This document shows positions 14,201-27,110 of a DNA stretch of 64,000 bases, one piece after another (position 1 is the first letter of the stretch; every line of letters begins with the position of its first letter). The DNA is taken from positions 518,101-582,100 of the forward strand of contig NC_092677.1 in assembly GCF_964355755.1 (NCBI RefSeq). Direction: 5' to 3'. The notes beneath the pieces are model-generated. The model was given only the letters and a program-made list of their open reading frames with translations, was not told the DNA's origin and ran no database searches. The stretch is from Antedon mediterranea. Lineage: Eukaryota; Animalia; Echinodermata. Made by a program: the position numbers and the translations under genes.

Positions 14201-17200
14201 AAACAAACATGCTTACTGTACATACTAGGCATGCATGCAATTTATGAATATTTTGAAGCATTATTTTAAAGAACACCATAAAAGTATACGGTATATTATA
14301 TTAAGCATGTAAAGTTAGGCAAGCATAGGCTAGGACTTATTTTACAGTATTATATTGCAGATTAGATAAGCATACATAGGCTAGGACTTATGTTATGTGT
14401 CATAGCATATGTACTGTAAGTAAAAGGTACTGTAGGACTTATTTTACAGTATTATATTGCAGATTAGATAAGCATATATAGGCTACAGTAGGACTTAGGT
14501 ACTGTAAGTAAAAGGTAGGACTTATTTTACTGTAGGTTAGACAACAAGAAGCATAATGGTAACATTTTAAAATTTATTTTATGTATATTTCGTCTTTTTT
14601 TATTAAAAAGTAGTAAACATCTATGGCAGTATATAAGGTTTAATAATTTAAATTAAAATAATTACTGTATTATTAAAAAAATAATTTTACACATCACAAT
14701 GTTCAACAAATAGGTGAGCAAAGTTAATATATTGTCATTTATAAATAAAAACATTTAAGACACAGGCAAACAAACATCATGCAGTATTTCTTACATTTTC
14801 TTGCAAAAACAAGAAAATCTAAGAACAAATAAATGAAAAGAAAAAAGCTGTTCAATGCAAAAAGTACCGTACACGACAAATTTGAGGTAGCAACATTTTG
14901 AGCTACTCCAACAAGCTAGAAATTTAAAATAAATGTTGTGTGCCAAATAATAAAAGTATCGCAAAATTATTAATGTAAATGAATACTTTGAGGACATTTG
15001 CTGAATAATTACCAATTTAGTTGGATTTGAAAATTTAGGTAAATTAATTGGTTTACCTGGTTGTGTTGTGAACGCATTTGTAGTGATCAGGGTTGTGGTC
15101 CGGGCTGCAAAAACAAATTGAACAGCTCTTGGCTATGGTTCTAGTTCAAAGGGCAAGGTTTAAGGGTCAATTGTCCATGGTCATTTAATGTTAATACATT
15201 TTTAAATTTTAACCAAATTAAAAAAAATTCTTGAAAATCTGGGATAACAAACTAAAAAAAAAACAAAACTAGGGATATAGACAAAAAATATCCTTAAAAA
15301 AGAAACCAGGGAAAGATTAATCCTAACTAAAAACAAATAAAATAGTTATGAAATGTACAACCAAAGTTATAAGAGTTAAATCAGTACATCTCACCAACAA
15401 ACAGTCATGCAACAAACTAATAGTCTAAATTAGATGAATGCAAAATGTTGTAGCCTGTGAAAACAACGTCTAAAAAAGTTACAATCTAATGACACAATGT
15501 TATAGCCTGTGAATACAATGTCTAAAAAAGTTACAATGACAACAGGTATAATTTTAGGCAATTGGGTCAACATGTTATAATATATTTAGCTGATTCAAAG
15601 CCTCATTGATCTAATCAATATAGTACAGTAGTTAACTATTAAAGTAAATAACTTAATCTAGACTATAAAATTCATTCAAAATCAACGAATAACCTAGTAC
15701 AGTGTGTAAACTTTCAAAATGTCCTGGACTTGAAATAATCTGAAGTCTTTTGGTCAGACATGAATTGTCTTAATGGATTTTTCCAGAGTAATGATTCTCG
15801 GTGCAGTTCAATGAAATACTTTATTATTGAAATTGTATGTAAATCTATACTTTAAAAAAAATAGTTCAGTGCGTTCATTCTATTTAATATTGCATTCCCT
15901 ACCTAAATTGATACTAATTCTAAATATTGTTCAGGTTACTACAGGTGATATTTATGTCATTGTTTCAATTTATAATCTTTTAGTTGGATTGACAAGTGAA
16001 ACAAGATGCTGATAAATATTATAGTTCAATTGAACTGTATCTCTAGGACTGTAGTCTGAGGGAATAGTTGAATTGAACTGTAGCTCTAGGACTGAAGTCC
16101 GAGAGAATAGTTGAATTGTGTTTGTTAAAGTGCGAATTTAAATGACACCACTTGCTGCATAGCCCCCATCTTTAAGTTGCAAAGTAGCAAGCTAATTTCC
16201 CTGTTAAGCCAATTCTGACCAATCATTGTCTTATGTAGGACAACCTGAGCATTCAACTTACCTACAACAGTGACTTGTACTGAACTCTGTCTTGCTCCCA
16301 CCTCATTACTTGCATTCAACGTCACAGTATACACATCACCAATGGTGTTTGAAGCAACAAATGTGAATGTTTCTGGGTCGCTATCAATGTCAGTTGCTCC
16401 TTGTGATGACCAATCATAGTTAGCAGCAGGTCTGGCCTCTACATCAAAGCTTATCACAACATTTTCTCCTCGGGAAACTTCAATGTCTTCTAGTGCTGTA
16501 ATTTCAGGAGCGACTAAAAAATCATAAAGAGTTGTATTTAATTTAATATTTATTTATAGAAGAGTTGCTTTTCCCTTTGAAATATCTAGGCTTTTAAGAT
16601 AGATGGTTTATGTAGTTTTAAAAATCGATCTGTGAAAGTAAACTATTCCAATTCAAGTATAAGGTAATAATGTCATAATACATAACTTGGCTAGCATTAC
16701 CCATCTCAGTAATAATAGTATTGCATGCAAGCAAATATAATAATAGTTAAAAGGGGACGTACTGTACTTAAGATTTCTCATATTTGGTTAAGATTTATTT
16801 TATTGATTAAACATGCTCTAATACTTACAATACACATCTAGAACCTGACCAGCAGTGGCTTTTGTTCCAGCATCGTTTTCTACCTCACACATATAACTTC
16901 CCTGATCGTTCCGATCCGTGGTGAACGTGTAAGTAGACGATCCTCCTTGCTCTAACACTGATCCATCCTTCTTAAATGTGAACATGCCGTCCGGTTTGGC
17001 AACGACATCACATGACAATGTTACTGGATCACCCTCCTTCACAGGTGTAGTAAAACTTAATACAGGCTCCTCTAAATCTAAGTCAAGAAAAAATGTTTGT
17101 AATATATTGAGCAAAAAAAACTCCCCAAGACAGCAATATTTATAGACAATGTTTCTAAAAATATAAACATTTATAGTTTTTTGGAATTAGTGTACAGTAT

Positions 17201-20200
17201 GCTAAGAAAGAGACATATAATTATATATATATTATTATATTAAGATGCAATAATAAGATATCCATTATTATTTTAATATTCTGAATTCCATAATTGGTAA
17301 TACAATCTACGCTCGCGCTAACCGCTCGCCAATTCGCCAATGGCGACTGGAGTCTCCATTTGGCGAAAATAATTATTGCTTTGTTCGCCAAATTGCCAAG
17401 CCTAGGCCTAGCCTGGTCGGCGTGACTTCTTATGGGAGCGAGAATTCGCCACACTTCGGTACTTTCTGACTCGGGTACACTTTTTACCACCACAGCATTT
17501 TATGTGACGACGACGTCACGATCGCTGTGTTCATTTTTTAAGTTCTGTTTAAACATGCGCAGAGCGTGCCTCGATGACGTTTTAATGACACACAGTTGTT
17601 AATGTGATTGGTTCGTGGCCGGCCGTCGTCGACGTGATGATGAGCGAATAAAAGGGGAAGTCCCTATTCTTCGACGTAGAAAATGAACTTCGAGAAGAAA
17701 ATGTAAACAGAAACATGTGGACGAATACTTCCGTAAACGAGGCTGTTCTGTTATTTAAAAAGGGGAATTTTAAATTTAACAAAGTAATTACCTCAATAGT
17801 ATAACGTTAACATGTTTAATTTTATTTCCCTTTCGATTATTCTAACCGAAAGTTGCGCTTTAAATTGAATAGTTAAGAAACAGCGTATACTGCAACGGCA
17901 ACCCTGGCCAAAGCGCGTTTTGGCCGCCTACATAGAATGGGTTACGGCCGCTGCATAGCAATTTCAAAGCTTCTTAAATTTCTGCGGTACATTTCTTGTT
18001 TTATATATAAATAGATTGATAAGTATTCCACTTATTAAATAATTTAATAAATCGGTAAAATTGACGTTTCGAAGCAAATATTCCATGATGAGAGGCGACC
18101 TTTTTCGACATGCCTCGTGTGCGACGAAGACTAGTTCAGAAAATGGAACAGTCCACTGCGGGGGTTATCCAATCATTAATTAACGCGCTAAATACATGCA
18201 TACCATGCACATTTCCTGGGCGACGGTAATTTAGTAATAAGCGGAGAACTGAATCCCCCCTAAGGAAAATGGTAAACACTGATATTTATGGTAGGGATTA
18301 TTTTTTTTAGGGGTTGGTCTTGTTGGCCTCTTCGCACGAGGTCCACGCAAAGTCAAATAAAACGATGTGTTTTATCAAACAGAAATATAAATTAGCTTCA
18401 ATTCAATACTAAATTAGCCAGATTTTGATAATGAGAAAGACTCAAAAATTGACTTTTGAGGCGGATGTACATAATAATAATAACCGATTTACATATCAAA
18501 ATAAAGAGTATTTAAAGCCTGATAACATGCAACAAAAATTACTCCATCACCTATTATGGACCTCGTGCGATCGGGTGAATATATAAAAATAATCCCTTAA
18601 ACAAGTTCTTTCCAGGCATATAATTTTTATTCTCATGGGTACATAAGAAATAGTATATTTTTAACTTCAAAGACACGTCACTTTTTGAAATTTCACGAAC
18701 GTGTTAAAATCGCGGTAACGAAAATCAGGTTCATTGGGATACCTAATAATAATATAAATGTAAAAGAAATAAAATTAAGATGAACTTACATATAACATTC
18801 AGAGTAACTACAGCAGTGTCAATTGGAGGATTATCCGAATTATCAACCTCACATTCATAATCACCACTGTAACTACGTAAAGTGTTAGCAATCACAAGAA
18901 GTCTGTCATCATTTGGATCAAGAGTAAAGATAGTACTGTAGGCAGGCTGCACTGTTTTAGATAAACCCACAATAGTTGTTGCTATAGGTTCAGATGCCCC
19001 ATTAGTGACATTACTCCATCTTATAATAATAGCGCTACCACTCATAGGATCGTATTTACATATCATTCTCGTTTCAGAGCCTTCAACCACATCCCCCAAG
19101 CTGTCAATAGTTACAGTCACACCAGTACATGTACTGAATAAAACTAGGAGAAAATTATTAATTATTTAATTTATTAAATTTATATTAAAATGGTGAGCAT
19201 ACAGTAATGTATCATTACATAAAGATCAAACGTGTCACCATCTAAATCAATCAAAGATTCTGGTATTAAAGTGGGCAGTTCTTCTCTTGTCATTTTTTTT
19301 ATGGAAACTGGCGCAACAAAAGATTTCCTTAATATTATTAAATACTGTAAATATTCTGACAAAAGTTGTTGATATTGTCATCAACACTTCCAAATTGGAC
19401 ATGAATTGGGATAGACTAAAACAATTAAGATTTTTAGAATACACAGTAGGGTTGGTAAGCAATTTCAAATTATCTAACTAAAAAATTAATTAAAAACTAG
19501 ATTTGAACTCGTCACTACGGACGAGTTAGGTTATCCGCAGCCCAAAAGCCACGTGCACGTCACACGTTAGAATATTACGCACAGAAAAACGATTATGCTA
19601 TTGAAGAAAATGTTAGTGCGCTCTCTATTTTGCGTCACGTCAAAGTATATACAGTATACACTATATACTGTATAAGTACTACATACAGTTCAGAATAGGT
19701 GAAAATAAGTGACCAAAGTTAATGACACTTTTGACCATGATGACGTCATCACAATTTTAAAAATGGTAAATCATGTGAAAGATAATTGATTGACCTAGAC
19801 AATATAAAGAAATGGTGGAAAATGGAATACGGATAAGTACTGTAGATGCGCTCTATTAAATGTGATGCGCTATGACGAAAGAGACAAAAATCCTATATTT
19901 TATATTTGAGTGGCCATACGATGACGTCACAATGTCCGGTTAGCCATATTGATTCATGATTCGATATCTACAACTTATCACCTTCCAGAATCTGTAATTT
20001 CAAAAAAGTTCACCACGTAGTTTAGAATCTCTGACAGTTTAAAAAAAGGCATACTTTTCACGAAATTTTGAACTTTTTCATCAAAAACGCTCGCAAATTT
20101 TTTAATTCTATGTGCTCGTATGACGTGATTTTAAGTCGAAATTGTTTGAAAGTTGGTAAATTTACTAAAAAAGACAGGAAAAACAAAAATCAAGCAAAAA

Positions 20201-23200
20201 AATGATGTTTTTGCGCTACGTGCGCGTATAAAAAATGCGCACGCCTGGGAATTTTTTAAATGCTCAAAATGATAGGAAACGCGTAGAAAGTTGATTAGAA
20301 ATTGATTTTTCGCATTTTGAAATTTTAAACGCGCGTGCGCGAGTAACTTTCTGTGAAAGATGCCATTTATAATCCATAGAAAGTTTGCCCTTGATATAAC
20401 TTAAATTTTCACCAAGTGTCAATACTACAAAATGACTTTTAGTTTTTAATCTACAGTATGATCAATCATTGAAATTCATAAAATCGCGCGTAACTTATGC
20501 TGCGCAACTCGGACGTGACCGAAAACCTTATTACGACATCTTCAGATAGAGGTCAATCTTCTGTTAAAGTTATACAATGTTATGTTGAGAAGATTTAGAG
20601 ATACAGTACCAGCGAGAATTACTGCCCCTTTTTGGACGCGACGGACGCGTCGAGTGTCCGTCCAATTTGCGTCCACGACGCGTCCATTCATAAACTAAAC
20701 CAATGATTTGGACGCACTTTCGTCGGGCGGGCCGTGACCTCGCTACCTGAGTCTGTTTTTGTTATTGTTCGCGACCGTATTCATATTCAAATGACATCGG
20801 AAAACTAAGCCTGACTGTTGAGCAGGGTCGGCTGTATTGGTGTTTGTTTATAAAATACTTTCACATTCACAAACAATATGATTAAAAAATAAATAAAGTT
20901 AGCCTACGACTTGTGTGTGTTGTGTTTATTTTTATCTGCCGAATAATTCGTCCAAAAAGCCAGTTTCGTGCGAAACTGTGTCTATATCCATCGCTAGCTC
21001 GCCGTGGGATCTAGCCGGCCGGTTCACTGTCTAGCACGTACACCACCGCCTGAGATCGGCCTAGCGTACTCAATCAATAATCATCGTCATGATACAGTAT
21101 ATTTTGTTCATATGAATCATTTTATGGAAGAATATTTTTTTAATAACGTGGCCTCTATTTCATGTTGAATTATTGATATGATCATAGAGAAATAAGTTAT
21201 ATTTAAATGTCATATGATGAGTTAAAACTGTGGAAGAAGGCTCAACAAAATCATGTAGCCTACAGTATGTACTGTACACTGTCAATTTATATCTCCATGG
21301 TCGTCATAGCGCGCAACAAAGAGCACGTGATATTTTTCTACTCCATTGGATCCCAGCAATATTGCAACCATGTTCTACCGCTGCTGAAAAGCGGGTTGAT
21401 TTTTTTTACGCTATAATGATGTTCCTCTCTGATCATGTTAAGATTACAGTGTTTGTATAATTGTAATAATGACTGTAATAATATTTTTTTAGTTAATGTT
21501 ATTTTGTACCAATTTTGGGGTCTAAGCATAGAGATATTATAGTGAAGTTCACTATAATATCTCTATGCTTAGACCCCAAAATTGTCACTATAATATCTCT
21601 ATGCTTAGACCCCAAAATTGGTACAAAAAAACAAGGGCGGGTGTTAGAATTTGATACACTGAATAGAAAAAGACAATAGGACACGGAACAACACAAAGGC
21701 ATTAAGGCTTGGTACAAAAGCGATTTAAAACAAAAAAGCCAAGGGCGGGTGCTAGAATTTAATATAATGAATAAAAATAGGTTGAGGATATTTATAGTGT
21801 TACAAAACTACATGTACTGCACCATTTTTGTCCATTACAATGTGTCGATTTTTTAATTAGTATATAAAATTCATTGCTTCGCTCGGACAGCGAAAGCAAA
21901 CTATTTTTCACACACTCGGGTCGCCGAACGGTCGAGTTAGGTAAATATGCTATCACGTGGTTTTACTGCATGCATGGCAGGCACACGTGGTTTCAGCACT
22001 ACATTTCCCGCAAGTCCCGTTCGGCGGTTTCTTTTTAGGCGGCGTGCCAAAGAAGTTTTTTGACATTCGATACTCACAATTCATTGCTTCGCTCGGACAG
22101 CGAAAGCAACATATTTTCACACACTCGGGTCTAGTCGCCGAACGTTCGAGTTTGGTAAATATGCTATCACGTGGTTTTACTGCATGGCAGGCACACGTGG
22201 TTTCAGCACTGCATTTCCCGCAAGTCTCGTTCAGCGGTTTCTTTTTAGGCGGCGTGCCAAAGAAGTTTTTTGACATCTGATAATAATTTTACTCACAAAA
22301 AATCAGTCTTTCTTGCCCATATAGTAAGCTGTAGTACTAATGAACTGGTATCTATACGCACTTATTCATTAATTCGTTTTTTAGAGGTTTTTTTTGCATG
22401 TTATTAACTACTGTAGTATAAAATACATTTCGTTTAATACAGGTTTTCACGGGTTTAGAAAACATCGTACAGAATATAACTGTAGTACAGTAACAATGCG
22501 GAGCTTTTGTTTACGTTAACACCGGCGTGGTTAGCTCCCGGTTAGCTCAAACACAAAGGACGTTGGTCAAGGTCAAATCACGTCAGACGCATCGATATAA
22601 TGGACGCGAAGTGGACGCGTCATGGACGTATTCATGCCGCGTCTGCCGCGTCCGAATTGGGCAGTAATTCTCGCTGGTACTGTACACGCGCAACAAAATT
22701 CTGGGAAAGAAAGAAGAACATAGAAAAAAAAAAAGATCCTGACAATAACAAGGGGTTATCCGCCAAGTGCGGATAACCAATAATTAAGTGTATCTTACCA
22801 TGGATTAAAGAATAGAAGGATATGCATCGACGGTGACATCAAACGATTTTACAACGCGCTTGCCTATACTAAAGCACTGCTGCCAATCAAACAAACACGC
22901 TCATTGAACTCCGTGTCTCTAACCGCGGCCCTCTGTAAAACGCTTCGAATCAACTGTTACATTTTTTGAGACCAAAACGTAAGCATGTAGAAATCGTATG
23001 CGCAGTCTGAATGTTCTATTGACATGTCTGCGTCGATGATTAATTGACAACAAAAATATATTGCTGAATAATTCTGTTTTAGTTTCATCACAATCGGACT
23101 ACGAAAAGTTCACTTTCTTACGACTGGTAATTTTAAGTAGTTGGTAATATTAATAAAATATGCAATTTTTATATTTGAATTATCATTATTTGCCTGCCAT

Positions 23201-24348
23201 CTTCTGTCATTAAAAATTGCGTTAATCTATAGAATATTAAATTATGCATTTGACCATGTATGTTGTTAGCGTGGCCGGTGTTCACCCATACAACAATCGT
23301 GTTTTTAATATATGGCTAAGCAGTGGTTTCTTCATAAATCTCCTTAATTATCGATGTGATTATATTTAAATTGTAGTGCCTGGTGATTGGCTAGTGGTTA
23401 TGTCATCCACATCACATCCAATCACCGGGTCTAATTGAATGAAAACAGCGATCCCTGATCCGGGATTGGCTGGCTATGTATAGTTGCGATTCGTGTTCCC
23501 ACTAGCGACGCAGATTAGCCTAGGCCTACCTAGGCAGTATCAATGTCGGCAAATCATATGGTTTACTAGTAAGCCTAGGCCTAGTATTGCTGATTTTGTA
23601 ATTTTACATGTAGGCTGAGACAACAAATAAATAGTTATTGTCTCAGATGTAGGGCTACTACAGGTCATAAAATGCTACTTTAATGTCATAGGCCTAAAAA
23701 CATTAGCGTAGATCAATCGCGGCAGAAACCTATACTAATTACAATTATAGCATCTAATATTCTAAGCCAATAACAATATAGTATTGTTTTTATCTGGTAT
23801 ATTGATGAAGTAGGCCTACACTAAGGTCTTCACAATAACATAAAATGTAATTTAATAACTGTTTTCAATGGCGTGAGGCAGAGGCCTGAAGCCACTTGTT
23901 TAGGAAACCTAAGTGGCCCTCCAAAATTTTCAAAGATCGAGGCCTCGGACGTTTTTAGCATTTTCGACAAATTTTATTCCTGTTCCTCTGGGCACTGCTC
24001 ATGGGCCCCAAGCTTCGGTTTAGCCAGTGAGCGCACATATCCGTTACGCCACTGATTATACTGTTCAAATATGTATGAATACATACAGTGCAACAAAGAA
24101 CGCGCGAAAGAAGCGTAGTCAACACGGTTAAATGTCGTTGCACATGTGCAGTAAACAATATATTAGGCACGCGACCGTTTCGTTGTTACCATGCGGTTAA
24201 TTAAACTGTAACATTGTGGGCGGTCCGCGGTCTGTCGGCGAGAGTCAAGGAACCCTTGATCTCACGTCGATGCATATCCTTCTATTCTTTAATCCATGAT
24301 CTTACCTGCCATGTAAATGACAACAGCGAAGTTTGCCTTTAAAGCCAT
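8225..24348 (-). CDS. Gene B: IgSF type I receptor (SP-IgV-Ig-Cys-less Ig/PKD-like-Thr stalk-Ig-TM-Tyr-rich tail), ~578 aa, 12 coding exons
   Basis: Exons on minus strand: 24348-24306 (MALKANFAVVIYMA), 19143-18790 (IgV), 17077-16829 (Ig), 16513-16262, 15104-15057 (ARTTTLITTNAFTTQP), 12459-12190 (Ig), 12078-11965 (TM GAIAGIVVGILVMLIILAVVIIIVL), 11647-11629, 11213-11102 (SAYMDV), 10169-10128, 9427-9323 (VNYINV), 8353-8225 (DYNDRPDDDDYANSMPVTV*). All GT-AG; phases sum to 1737 nt. Small tail exons are less certain. Confidence 0.85.
11965..12078 (-). CDS. Gene B transmembrane exon
   Basis: EPSTGEGGIGTGAIAGIVVGILVMLIILAVVIIIVLKS, phase 1-1, acag|...|gtaagt. Confidence 0.88.
12190..12459 (-). CDS. 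Gene B membrane-proximal Ig-like exon
   Basis: VEVGDEVSLRCQC...YEWTLDG...STLIF...VVCIG; 270 nt, phase 1-1. Confidence 0.88.
13516..13680. mobile_element. MITE family B copy (~150-165 bp)
   Basis: TIR agctctgtctacacta... / ...tagtgtagacagagct; second copy at 31382-31523. Confidence 0.8.
16262..16513 (-). CDS. Gene B domain-3 exon (cysteine-free Ig/PKD-like beta sandwich)
   Basis: FAPEITALEDIEVSRGENVVISFDVEARPAANYDW...YTVTLNASNEVGARQSSVQVTV; 252 nt, phase 1-1. Confidence 0.85.
16829..17077 (-). CDS. Gene B Ig domain-2 exon (C2/I-set)
   Basis: VKEGDPVTLSC...DQGSYMCEVEN; 249 nt, phase 1-1. Confidence 0.92.
18790..19143 (-). CDS. Gene B IgV exon
   Basis: VVEGSETRMIC...IRWSNVTNG...LVIANTLRSYSGDYEC; 354 nt, phase 1-1. 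Confidence 0.92.
21502..21628. repeat. Perfect 37-bp-arm palindrome with duplicated right arm
   Basis: 21510-21546 is the reverse complement of 21548-21584; 21549-21584 is repeated at 21585-21620. Confidence 0.9.
21868..22277. repeat. ~210-bp tandem duplication inside the Tc1/mariner-type element
   Basis: aattcattgcttcgctcggacagcgaaagcaa...agaagttttttgacat twice (starts 21868 and 22078); explains the repetitive ORFs at 21953-22280. Confidence 0.9.
22799..24298. mobile_element. Non-autonomous P-element-like DNA transposon (1500 bp)
   Basis: 34-bp perfect TIR catggattaaagaatagaaggatatgcatcgacg; 7-bp TSD atcttac at 22792-22798 and 24299-24305. CAT(G) termini with 7-8 bp TSD are typical of the P superfamily. 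Confidence 0.85.
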
Positions 24349-25789
24349 GTTGAGTTACTGAATTTTATTATCTGAAGGAATAATAAATAACTGTATGTAA
24401 TATAACTTAATGCCAATTTGAGTACATTCAAAACAATAGTATAAAATAAGAATATAGTTAATAAGTATCTCTCATATTTAAACTGTACTGTATTCTTTGA
24501 AATGTACTTTCCTGCTGTGAGACAGAAAATACAATCACTTGCTAATTTTTCTTGTGAGAATATAATAGTCATTATTAATTTAATTCTTTTATTATGATAT
24601 GAATGAATAATCATGTATTAATAAGACTTTAAGAATGTGAATTCAGTAGTTGAGAAACAACTACCAGTTTGTTTTTAAATCAACATTTTGTATCCCTTGC
24701 CTAGAGTATTTATACTTAACAATCATCACAACAATTACTTAATTATTTAATAAAAAGATTTAAACTGCTCACAGTACTAGACTATATTATGTAATTGTAT
24801 ATTATTTGAAACTGTATGTTCATGTTATTCTATTATGATATGAATAAATAATAACTTAAGGCAATTATTTATTAATAAGACTTTTAAAATATGTCAAATT
24901 TGAGAAACAACTGACCATAATGTTTTTTTAAAATCAACATTTTGTATGATTGGCCTGTGTAAACCATCGGAATTACTGTATAATTTAATAAAGAGATTTG
25001 TTATGATACTTAGTATTCAATTCACTAAATCCATGGACGGCAATCCATGCTATTCATTCAAAATAACGGAAGTCATTAATATGGTTTTTGTAATAACCAC
25101 TTCCCCTCATGGGAGTAATTATTAAGAATCTTGATACAGTACAGTAGCTGAGTGTTATTTTATTCAATGTCCTTTCCAACAACTCAGCATCAAACAGGAT
25201 ATTATAACCATTGTCAGAATGGTAACTAAAAAGATTACATTTTTTATATTAAATTATCTGTCGCTCATCTGTATGAGATTTTTTAATACAGCAAAAATGA
25301 ATTATGAAATAGTACTTATGTTGATAATTAATTGAGTAATTACCTAAAAATTCCATTTATAAACATCACATTTCATAGAACCAAATTAACAATAATGACA
25401 TACTGGTAGGGTAGGCTTTATGAATCACCCTTTATATATGCCTCATATCATAGAATAGGCTAGCTAGCTTGGTAATTAATAAATATATGGATAGGTAGGC
25501 CTATTTACTGGAGATCCCTACTACTACTACTACTAGGCCTACTATGCTATGGTAGGCCTATTGATTGGTTGGTAAGCCATACACAATTACAAATAATGCT
25601 GTGTGTGTGTGGTGTGTGAATTGAAAATTAGTCCATTAAATTAATACAGTACTATTACATTATAAATTTGTACAATTGATTGACAACAATAGATTCGTCT
25701 GTGTCTAAGAGGATACACAATTAATACAATTAAAATGACAACATATAAAAATAGTAGGCTAGGCCTAGCTAGCTAGGATACACTTTCCA

Positions 25790-26230
25790 CACCTTTCAGT
25801 TCCGGCATTCAGAGTGTGTAACCCCACCTTCAACCCCAACGGTGGTGGTTTCCACCAATCGCGACACACCCGTATATTTACGTCGTCGTAGGCCTGTTGC
25901 ACTTTTTTGAATCGCGAAAATAAGACATTTCAAATAAATATAAAATACAGAATGTAATACCTACGTTTTACTTGATTATTATAGGCCTATATACTTTGAT
26001 TCGTTGTTTGTGTACTGCCCTTCAATGAAAAATACTCGTACACAACTTTTACCTTCGAACAGAAATGGTCACTTCCGGTGTAGTCAAGCCTCCTGCATTT
26101 TAAATACGACTGTTACTTTTTGTAAATCGTAACCACAAGGCAATGCGCGTCGTGCATACCAATTTGATGACGTAGAACACATGAACAGTAAAATTAATAC
26201 ACCCTATTGCATATGAGTCATTGGATATGC
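25790..26230 (-). promoter_or_regulatory. Candidate promoter / non-coding first exon of gene B
   Basis: Gene B's ATG exon is preceded by candidate splice acceptors. This CpG-richer patch has a candidate donor (AAG|GTGTG ~25793), an ETS consensus ACCGGAAGTG (26070-26079, minus) and an AP-1 site TGAGTCA (26214-26220). Confidence 0.35.
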
Positions 26231-27110
26231 ACACGGAATCTCGTTAACTTCCGACCTACCTTATTTAAATAACACTGTTGCATTGTTCTTTTCATAATTT
26301 GAATATCTATGGCTCATATAAAAGCTCCATGGAATATTAAGGAATATCGTGTGGAGTCATTATTGTTAATATGGAATGATATTATTGGTTGTGATGGTTT
26401 TTATTATGCAACAAGTGCGACCTTAATAATTAAAGGTCCATTAATATTTATATATATTACTTATTAGATTTTTTTTTTCCTGTTTGGTGGATACGATCAA
26501 TTTTTTAAAACCGAAAATCTTTAAAATTCAATTTTACGGAAAACAATAACAATAAAGTATAACAAAACATGTAAAAATAGTGTATTTAGTGTATTATTAT
26601 TATTTATTCCTTACATACCATATACAGCTATTTTGTTGTGAATTGCGGCTATTAATGTTTATGTCTCGAATCTAGTTTGACGTTCGTACTCTTGTTTATC
26701 GGATAAAAAAAAATTTAAACAGCGGATAAATATAATATATTTTTATACCCTTGTGGTCACTACCAAAATAGACGAGATAAGTGACATCGGGAGAGAGGGC
26801 GCTGTAATTATTTTTGTGAACCAGCTCAATTGCCGATAAATTAATTTATACTTAATGAAAACAATAAGTCAAATAATTTTTTTATTGTATTATTTTTTTT
26901 TTTTTGCGCTTAAGTTCATCTCTCATTGACCCGCTCCAACCGTCATAGGCGTCTCAGGTCACAGGTGATGAAATAAAATAAAACAACAACAAAACTCATC
27001 ATTATAACTTCATTCTTGTAATTTACATTTGTACACATGTCAATACATTATATACAGTAAGCCTATAAAACGTTTCATTATAAAATAATTTTTTTTCCAC
27101 AAAAATGACG

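Larger units (their letters stand above)
20604..22682. mobile_element. Non-autonomous Tc1/mariner-type DNA transposon nested in the HINE
   Basis: 24-bp perfect TIR cagtaccagcgagaattactgccc at 20604-20627 and 22659-22682; TA on both flanks; no transposase ORF. Confidence 0.85.
19497..22782 (-). mobile_element. Non-autonomous Helentron-type element (HINE/DINE-1-like)
   Basis: On minus strand: 5' subTIR GGTTATCCGC forming a palindrome with GCGGATAACC (22754-22778); 3' subTIR GCGGATAACC (19529-19538), then stem-loop AACTCGTC-N6-GACGAGTT (19506-19527), ending CTAG before a T-run; no TSD. Confidence 0.75.

Noticed and set aside
17300-18745. GC-richer block in gene B intron 2 with a 14-bp inverted repeat (tcgcacgaggtcca ~18332 / ~18557)
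   Set aside because: Probably transposon-derived, but I could not define matching termini or a TSD; its ORFs (17221-17493, 17582-17782) look non-coding.
21953-22280. Overlapping Cys-rich 107-aa ORFs on both strands
   Set aside because: They come from a 210-bp tandem duplication inside a non-autonomous transposon; no domain signature.
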